DNA from: Minisyncoccota bacterium
GTDB lineage: Bacteria > Patescibacteriota > Minisyncoccia > Phycocordibacterales > SW-6-46-9
NCBI GenBank assembly: GCA_040905385.1
Contig: JBBDRP010000002.1
Coordinates: forward strand, 226,292 to 290,291
Length of the DNA stretch: 64,000 nucleotides
Direction: 5' to 3'
The stretch's first letter is position 1. Each line of letters starts with the position of its first letter. A program made the translations under genes and the position numbers. The notes below the pieces were generated by a model. It did no database searches. It saw only the letters and a program-made list of their open reading frames with translations, and was not told where the DNA came from. Below, one piece after another: positions 63,993 through 64,000 of this stretch.

Positions 63993-64000
63993 CACAAACG

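Overview
This is a 64-kb window from a low-to-moderate GC bacterial genome with a reduced, housekeeping-poor gene set (gatB, rnj, secG, groES/groEL, htpX, lemA, murJ, lepA, RNR genes, three tRNAs, RNase P RNA). About 28 kb of it is three tandem giant surface-protein genes. The composition fits a Candidate-Phyla-Radiation / Saccharibacteria-like episymbiont; that is inference from gene content and architecture, not from any search.

Main blocks:
1. 1-1351: gatB, 5' truncated at the window edge, followed by a 786-bp AT-rich leader.
2. 2138-30423: three same-strand giant ORFs of 3659, 2186 and 3231 aa.
- The first is membrane-anchored with an N-terminal HTH-like domain, phage tail-fibre repeats, a Peptidase-S74 (endosialidase chaperone) autoprocessing domain and a DUF5011/Ig-like domain.
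- The other two are arrays of DUF2341 + LamG (concanavalin-like) modules with FN3 domains.
- An IS200/RAYT-like HUH tyrosine transposase with REP-like GTCTGTAA...TTACAGAC hairpins sits between genes 2 and 3. A variant of the same hairpin sits between genes 1 and 2.
3. 30482-37000: a four-helix-bundle protein, then an alpha-glucan cluster (GT4 glycogen-synthase-like, GH57, GH15 glucoamylase, convergent MFS transporter). Two copies of a ~135-bp internally palindromic element bracket the GH15-MFS pair.
4. 37200-37830: about 630 bp that is ORF-free and densely hairpinned, a candidate large ncRNA.
5. 37832-49886: rnj, a family-5 solute-binding protein, secG, a long hairpin structure plus TTGAAA-N17-TATAAT promoter before groES-groEL, a terminated ORF-free transcript, and hypothetical, PH-domain, LemA and HtpX genes.
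6. 49890-51715: ORF-free region with two terminators and a G-depleted CA-rich tract; tRNA-Ser(GGA) whose 3' end plus trailer is directly repeated 150 bp downstream (att-like scar) next to an AT-rich ORF; a DUF192 gene.
7. 51863-57819: an RNR locus. NrdB carries an N-terminal ATP-cone, NrdA lacks one, and a class-II-like RNR carries a paralogous copy of the same ~110-aa N-terminal module.
8. 57835-63992: a GIY-YIG gene abutting RNase P RNA, murJ, lepA, ftsB-like, glutaredoxin-like, tRNA-Arg(CCT, minus strand), a tRNA-Phe 5'-half duplicate fused to a 13-bp-stem hairpin, and tRNA-Phe(GAA).

A roughly 40-55-nt motif family (AAGTCCG..GTGCTCGC) recurs in three intergenic regions. All domain assignments come from recognised sequence motifs by eye; no database search was run.
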